Of a DNA stretch of 64,000 bases, positions 58,449 through 64,000 are shown in pieces. Where the stretch lies: the IMG/VR virus record IMGVR_UViG_3300042197_001060, positions 7,157-71,156 of that record; one strand, written 5' to 3'. The position numbers and the translations under genes are program-made. The notes beneath the pieces were generated by a model, which was given only the letters and a program-made list of their open reading frames with translations, was not told the origin of the DNA and did no database searches. Source of the stretch: a virus. Its lineage: Duplodnaviria > Caudoviricetes. Numbering within the stretch: the first letter of the stretch is position 1; every line of letters begins with the position of its first letter.

Positions 58449-59714
58449 TTATCCTAAATGAACCAAATTGTTGTAATTGATTCCTTCATCAATTCGGACG
58501 GGAAACCCACCCTTTTCCATAATAGTCGGCAGGAGTTTTAAAATCTCATCCCTCTCCATCGGATGTGCATCAATAAGAAACGCATCATAGGTGTATAGAA
58601 TCAATTTCGATTTCATCCCACTCATTTGGGTTAGAATATCACTCATCTTTTTATAGTTCACTTCCGTTTCAAGGGCTTGTAAGAGATAATTAAATACCTT
58701 TTGTTCAGTCCCTCCTTCTATTTTAGTGAAATGAATTTCCCTTCCGTATAGAGGTGTTTTCAGAACTCCGGAGATTACGAACTTTTGGTAAACCTCTTTG
58801 ATGTATTTATCCACAATTTGGAAAAATGGTATCTCCCTCGCAAAAGAATCCAATCCCCCATAGAGGTACTTAAAGGTTAGAGCTTTGGCGGTTTCGTAAT
58901 CCGTTCCATAGAGATTGGCAAGGTGTTGGTGAGCAGTTTCTCCTTTTGGAAATTCATACCCTACGATTTTCGCAATCAAACGGATGTGATACGATTCATA
59001 ATCGAATTGTAAAAGAGTACCCCCATCCCATCTACTAACAAAACATTCCCTACTACCATCGGATTTGTTAAGAGCGGAGTAATTCACATTAAGGTGTCTA
59101 TTGGATGGTCTACCCGTAGTTGTGTATGGATTGTATTTGGTGTACACCCTACCCTCATATATGTTTTTGGGCGAGAAGCTAAATCTATCAATAAATTTTT
59201 CCTCTTCGACCGTCACCCCAGCCCCCTCCAGCCTCCCTAACTCTGTTATGGAATCTGAATAAATACGATACCAGCTCTTTCTGTTTTTTATATCAGGGAT
59301 TGATTGTAAGAGTTCGTACCACTTCATTAGCGGGATACAATCATTCAACTCATTATAATCGGACCTATACCCCTTAAAAAGAGTTTCTACCCATTCAGAG
59401 AAATTAAATGGTTTACCATATTCTTCGAAGTAGACCCATTCATAATCCAACCCAACCGATTGCACATATCGATTTCCTAAAACTAATGTGTTTTCGTTAC
59501 AAAGTTTGTGTATTGGGAAATTAGGTAAAGTAGAAGCATCAACATGATTGAAATTTATTACACCATCATCGGTTTCGGTTCGGTAATATACGAATGATAG
59601 GTGTGTCCCCCACTCGTGTGCCTTATGTGAACTCCACACTGGTATCAGTAATCTAATGTTTGGATTAGATTGGACAAAAAAATGTAGGGTATCTCTATTT
59701 TCTATTAAGTTCAT
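58449..59714 (-). CDS. divergent, truncated family A DNA polymerase
   Basis: TTTGRPSN, FDYESYHIRL (motif A), AKALTFKYLYG (B), NYLLQA, YTYDAFL (C). Confidence 0.8.
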   Translation of the reverse strand: MNLIENRDTLHFFVQSNPNIRLLIPVWSSHKAHEWGTHLSFVYYRTETDDGVINFNHVDASTLPNFPIHKLCNENTLVLGNRYVQSVGLDYEWVYFEEYGKPFNFSEWVETLFKGYRSDYNELNDCIPLMKWYELLQSIPDIKNRKSWYRIYSDSITELGRLEGAGVTVEEEKFIDRFSFSPKNIYEGRVYTKYNPYTTTGRPSNRHLNVNYSALNKSDGSRECFVSRWDGGTLLQFDYESYHIRLIAKIVGYEFPKGETAHQHLANLYGTDYETAKALTFKYLYGGLDSFAREIPFFQIVDKYIKEVYQKFVISGVLKTPLYGREIHFTKIEGGTEQKVFNYLLQALETEVNYKKMSDILTQMSGMKSKLILYTYDAFLIDAHPMERDEILKLLPTIMEKGGFPVRIDEGINYNNLVHLG

Positions 59715-59720
59715 ACCCTA

Positions 59721-59751
59721 CAAATATATAAAATTTATTTCAATAATCCAA
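59721..59751 (-). promoter_or_regulatory. Bacteroidota-type promoter
   Basis: Minus strand TTG-N20-TATATTTG. Confidence 0.7.
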
Positions 59752-59752
59752 G

Positions 59753-60532
59753 TTATTCTCCCCAATGATTATTACGAAGTTGATAAATATCAATTGGTTC
59801 TCGTTTCATTTGATTTCCAGGATTAAAGTAAGCACCTTCTTTTAAATAAGAAGTTAAGAAATTTCTTCTCATTCTACCTGTTGTATCTCTATTTGGCTCT
59901 GAACCATGTACGACGTGTGAATGTAATAATACTGCTTGTCCTTTTCTTACACAACCTTCAATTTTTCTAAAATCATGTCCTTCAGGCATCACACAACTAA
60001 TCCCTCTTTCACTTCTCCAATTTCCGGTATTCGTTGCTTTTCTTTCTTCGTTATCTTCCATAGGTAAAACTGGCAATCTATGAGAACCTTCATAGTTCCA
60101 TACTGCTCCGTTTTCAGGATCGTGATTATCTAATGCAATAGCAACATTAATGATTTCATTGTGTCCACAACCTGTGTAGAATCCGTTTTGATGCATATCT
60201 CTACCTAACTCTCCTTTTGGTTTGAAATATGCCCATGTCTGCATTCCAACAATACTACCTTCCATAAGAAATTCAGATGCCTCAATCAATTTTGGATGGG
60301 CAAATAATTTTTCTAATTTTGAAGATAATTTGTGTGGATACATAAATGGTTCGAATTCCTGCCATTTTTCAGGTTCTGCTGCGTTTCTTTCTAGTCTTAA
60401 ACGATTCAATTCTTCGTTTATTTCATCTACTTCAGTATCTGTTAATAATTCAATTGTAGTAAATCCTCTATATCTCCAATCGAATGAAAGTTGTTGTTGT
60501 TCTTCAACGGTTAAATGTTTGTATTTGCTCAT
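59753..60532 (-). CDS. phytanoyl-CoA dioxygenase (PhyH)-family 2OG-Fe(II) enzyme
   Basis: YFKP, HQN, IALD...ENG...GSH, G...H..VVHGSEPN...R. Confidence 0.85.
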   Translation of the reverse strand: MSKYKHLTVEEQQQLSFDWRYRGFTTIELLTDTEVDEINEELNRLRLERNAAEPEKWQEFEPFMYPHKLSSKLEKLFAHPKLIEASEFLMEGSIVGMQTWAYFKPKGELGRDMHQNGFYTGCGHNEIINVAIALDNHDPENGAVWNYEGSHRLPVLPMEDNEERKATNTGNWRSERGISCVMPEGHDFRKIEGCVRKGQAVLLHSHVVHGSEPNRDTTGRMRRNFLTSYLKEGAYFNPGNQMKREPIDIYQLRNNHWGE

Positions 60533-60554
60533 AACTATTAATTTGTTCTTTAGG

Positions 60555-60585
60555 TAAATATACTATATTTATTTTTTATTTCCAA
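60555..60585 (-). promoter_or_regulatory. Bacteroidota-type promoter
   Basis: Minus strand TTG-N20-TATATTTA. Confidence 0.6.
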
Positions 60586-60602
60586 GTTTCAAATGATTTT
60601 TA

Positions 60603-60977
60603 TTATTTATAAAATTGTGTTACATTTGGTAAATATAACCCTATATTTTTTAATGTGGTAGATGCAATGAACAAAGATGCTTTATTTGAATCAATAACTC
60701 CCTTATCAGTGACATCACCTTTTTCATTATAAACCACATTTAATGGTCCTGATATTCTCCATCTAACAATCTCAACATTCCAATTCGGATTTTCATTTAA
60801 TTTTTGAAATGTATTTAATGAAATTTCATAAACAAATCCGTTTATATCGTTTGCTTTTTGTGCAAAATATCTATCTATACTTCCAATTGAATAATCGTCT
60901 TCCGTTGGAGATGGGACAATCGTACTTGGAGTAGATAGTGAATAAAATGTTTTATTTTTAACTAAATCCTTATACAT
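60603..60977 (-). CDS. hypothetical protein (baseplate region)
   Basis: PTEDDY..G.I.RYF, WRISGP; follows the baseplate genes. Confidence 0.6.
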   Translation of the reverse strand: MYKDLVKNKTFYSLSTPSTIVPSPTEDDYSIGSIDRYFAQKANDINGFVYEISLNTFQKLNENPNWNVEIVRWRISGPLNVVYNEKGDVTDKGVIDSNKASLFIASTTLKNIGLYLPNVTQFYK

Positions 60978-60978
60978 A

Positions 60979-63204
60979 TCATTCTTTAATTTCAATTCTA
61001 TATCCAGCTACAATTGTAGTTTTCCAACCACTTTCATCTAATCCATGTTTTACATTTGTAATTTGAAAATATCCATTTCTGTTGTATATTTCAGGAACTC
61101 CATCTATAAGGAAATATTCTCCAGCACTCAATCCTGCGATTCCATTAATTGCAAGAGTTATTTCTAAAAATGTTAAAGCAGTAGTTCCTTTTGGTTGTTT
61201 TCCTATCGTAGATTGTATCAAACTAGCATCAGTATAAATTAAATTGTTACCAGAAGTTTTACTATCTTTATTTGATTTAAACTTAACAAAATTTTGACTC
61301 AAAACTTCACTCATATTTGTTTTTTCCTTTTCACCATCTCCCTCTTTTTCTTGTTCACCTACATTAAGTGTTTCTGTTATTGTTTTATTCCATTCTTCTG
61401 CTTCTTCAACTAATTTAATTTCAATAGCATTTATTGAATAATATCCATCTGCATTTTTTGTTCTATTATTATTAGCCTGTTTATATGCTTTACTTGTATT
61501 TGTTTCTTTTTCTTCCTTTTTATCTTTATTAGCATTATCTATGGCAAGTTGTGTTGAATATAATGCTTGTGATTGAGCCAATGCATCCAATTCCATATCA
61601 AATGAAAATTCTTTTACGATAGAACCTTTTGCACCGATTTTAAATCTATATATCTCCTCTGATTCGGATGGTGGTGGTGTTTGTAATTTGGTATCAACTA
61701 TAGTATTAGTAGATGAAGCGGATGGTACATCATCCCATTTTCCTATTTCTAATTTACATAATCCGAACATACTTTCATTAACCAAACTTATTAGAGCATT
61801 TACAATATCAGCTAATGCGTATGATTGTGAATAAATTCGTGCAAATGTGTCCCATTTAAAAAACACATTTAATAAATTTCCACTATTAGATGATACTAAA
61901 ATAGTTTCATCCGGAGCAGTTTTATTCTTTAATGTTATCTTTGTAGCTTCTTTTTGATTTGAAATATTAAAACTATACCCATTTATGGGTGAATCCACTG
62001 ATTCGTTCTCTTTGACTATTATTTTTTCTTTTTTATTATCATCAGTTACTACTTTTATAGATGGCAATTGTCCTGGTAGTATAAAATCCGTTGTAGTTGA
62101 TATAATATTTGGTGATGAATTTACTGGTATAATATCTTTACCATCTAATGTAAATACAATATTTAAATTAGTTTTAGATTCTTTATAGACCGATAAATTA
62201 TTTAATATTTTGATTATTAATCTAAATGAAACATATGGGTCTTTACTAAATTTAGAATCTTCTTGTTTTTCATTTATAACTCCCCAGTTAAAAAATTCAT
62301 TAACATCATCTTTTTGAGTTATTATAAATGCAAGTGATGTTTGATTCATATCCGCAGCGATTTTATTTACCCAAGATTGAAATCCAGTTACCTTTTTGTC
62401 ATCTGAAGTTTTGCTTCCTTTCGCAGCTGGATTTGATTGTTTTACAGGCATCCATAATTGCAATTCATTTCCTGCGGATACTTCTAACATTATATCGTAT
62501 GTACCATCCTCTTGTGGGCTAAATGTGTAATTAGTAACCATTCCAGCCATATAATCATACTCATAATTAGTATCAGTTATGGTTTGTAAATATGCTTCTT
62601 TTGCTTTTATATATGCGTTTTCTTTATGAGAAAATATATTTACATAAGCATTCATATAATCCCTATGATTCTTTTTTGCAAATAATTTAGAATTTATTAT
62701 GTATTTATCGGATTTGTTTTTAATATCAGTGTTCCAGCCCCACTCTACTACAACTTTAGTAGAAGGTCTTAAAAAAAATAATTCAAACATTTCCAGTTGC
62801 TTTAAACTAAATACTTTTATTTGTAATTGAGCAACTTTTAATGTATTATTACTACCATCAGTATCCAACTCCATTGATGTTATAATTGGAGTAGATATTC
62901 TTCTATTTGTTTCACCTTCAACTTCAATTGGTTTTCCGTTTAAGTCATATCCGGCAATTGTTTTACCAGTTTGATATAAGTTTTTTATATCAGTAGTATT
63001 TGCAACCACACACCCTTCAAATGAGTTTGAATAATCTTGTTGTTTTATTATCTCTTCTACAGATTTTCCACTTTTTGTCACTACAGTGGCAGAACTCAAC
63101 ATGATAAACGGCATTAGTGAATTTGCATAACTAATATCATTTTCTCTTTCTTTTAATTTTTTTACTATACCCGGTTTTAAAGGGGCTAAAAATGGAAATC
63201 CCAT
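60979..63204 (-). CDS. putative baseplate hub / tail-associated protein (gp27-like)
   Basis: VEWGW near the N-terminus; C-terminal ITLAINGIAGL..G..F...P...FQITNVKH......WKTTI pattern of hub proteins. Confidence 0.6.
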   Translation of the reverse strand: MGFPFLAPLKPGIVKKLKERENDISYANSLMPFIMLSSATVVTKSGKSVEEIIKQQDYSNSFEGCVVANTTDIKNLYQTGKTIAGYDLNGKPIEVEGETNRRISTPIITSMELDTDGSNNTLKVAQLQIKVFSLKQLEMFELFFLRPSTKVVVEWGWNTDIKNKSDKYIINSKLFAKKNHRDYMNAYVNIFSHKENAYIKAKEAYLQTITDTNYEYDYMAGMVTNYTFSPQEDGTYDIMLEVSAGNELQLWMPVKQSNPAAKGSKTSDDKKVTGFQSWVNKIAADMNQTSLAFIITQKDDVNEFFNWGVINEKQEDSKFSKDPYVSFRLIIKILNNLSVYKESKTNLNIVFTLDGKDIIPVNSSPNIISTTTDFILPGQLPSIKVVTDDNKKEKIIVKENESVDSPINGYSFNISNQKEATKITLKNKTAPDETILVSSNSGNLLNVFFKWDTFARIYSQSYALADIVNALISLVNESMFGLCKLEIGKWDDVPSASSTNTIVDTKLQTPPPSESEEIYRFKIGAKGSIVKEFSFDMELDALAQSQALYSTQLAIDNANKDKKEEKETNTSKAYKQANNNRTKNADGYYSINAIEIKLVEEAEEWNKTITETLNVGEQEKEGDGEKEKTNMSEVLSQNFVKFKSNKDSKTSGNNLIYTDASLIQSTIGKQPKGTTALTFLEITLAINGIAGLSAGEYFLIDGVPEIYNRNGYFQITNVKHGLDESGWKTTIVAGYRIEIKE

Positions 63205-63208
63205 AACT

Positions 63209-63511
63209 TTATTTATTTATTTTTTCTAAATCATTTAATACGGTAGATATGCTACCTGGAATTCTTAATTGAGTTCCTGGATTGATAAAAAACGATGCAT
63301 CGTTTAGATTGTTTGCAACTGCTATTACCCACCATAGTGATTTGTCTCCAAAATATTTAGAAGCAAGAATATCCAATCTATCGGATGCTTCTGAAATAAT
63401 ATAAAAATCATTATCAGATGGTTTTATTTTCGGATAGATAGTACTACTTATATACTGTCGTTTAGTATCGTTGGTTGATAGGGTTTTGGAATATAAATAT
63501 CTACTTGCCAT
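63209..63511 (-). CDS. LysM/gp53-like baseplate protein
   Basis: DRLDILASKYFGDKSLWWVIAVAN...PGTQLRIP. Confidence 0.8.
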   Translation of the reverse strand: MASRYLYSKTLSTNDTKRQYISSTIYPKIKPSDNDFYIISEASDRLDILASKYFGDKSLWWVIAVANNLNDASFFINPGTQLRIPGSISTVLNDLEKINK

Positions 63512-63547
63512 TATTATTCTTTTGTTTCATTTATAATAAATTTACCA

Positions 63548-64000
63548 CTACCTCTGCAATGTCAATTTGGGAAGATTTTTTGGTTGGGTCATAAGAGGTT
63601 TTGGATTAATTGCTTGTGGTACACCTGGACCTACTTTTTCTTCTTCAATAGTTTTGGCATCTCTTCCATCAAAATTATATTTGTATTTAGTAATGCCACC
63701 TTTTGTAGTTTCGGTTTTATGATTCTCTATAATTTTCATACCAATTTGTACATCTATTACGGATGGGTATAATGTATTATCTCCCGAACCATCACCATTG
63801 GGGTCTCCACTAGGCCATACGGTATTATCATCTATTTCAAATGATAAACTTTCCATATATCCGTAAATGTTTTTATACATATCACCAATTGTTAAATAAA
63901 ATAAATTTGGAGAAAACGCATATTGTGATGTTTGTGTAATTGTTCCGTATTTCATTTCAGAAATTTCTTCATATGGAAATGCCAATGATTTAAGATAATT
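63548..64000 (-). CDS. putative tail-tube-initiator/baseplate protein (5' end beyond window)
   Basis: Frame is open to the window edge (...NYLKSLAFPY); P...LTIGDMY....GYMESLSF.I....W...P..IDV. Confidence 0.55.
   Translation of the reverse strand, partial: NYLKSLAFPYEEISEMKYGTITQTSQYAFSPNLFYLTIGDMYKNIYGYMESLSFEIDDNTVWPSGDPNGDGSGDNTLYPSVIDVQIGMKIIENHKTETTKGGITKYKYNFDGRDAKTIEEEKVGPGVPQAINPKPLMTQPKNLPKLTLQR

Overview
AT-rich, gene-dense 64 kb segment of a large T4-like (jumbo-type) myovirus genome, with essentially every real gene on the minus strand. The host is most likely a Bacteroidota bacterium, inferred from eight TTG-N20-TATATT promoters, A-rich leaders without Shine-Dalgarno sites, Sec signal peptides followed by Gln, a DUF4494 gene and T9SS-CTD-like domains. 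In transcription order (right to left) the window holds: baseplate/tail genes (60.6-64 kb); a replication and nucleotide block (degenerate PolA-like gene, gp32-like SSB, RecA, 5'-3' exonuclease, GroES, helicase, NrdAB, thioredoxin, an AsnB-like/GNAT/two-DNA-methyltransferase cluster, sliding clamp, PolB, dUTPase, clamp loader, Cas4-like nuclease) with SGNH-like paralogs interspersed; a large glycosylation region (glycosyltransferases, epimerase, methyltransferase, heptose kinase, APS kinase, nucleotidyltransferase); GroEL; ferredoxin; putative head-packaged proteins with LxE sites; and a GH19 endolysin. The best candidate for an undescribed system is at <1-8238: a phage-encoded cell-envelope export/display module with two CsgG-like proteins, an outer-membrane beta-barrel, two dockerin/cohesin-like secreted paralogs (one carrying a C-type lectin) and two stand-alone T9SS-CTD-like lipoproteins. 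All family assignments come from motifs recognised by eye; no database searches were run.
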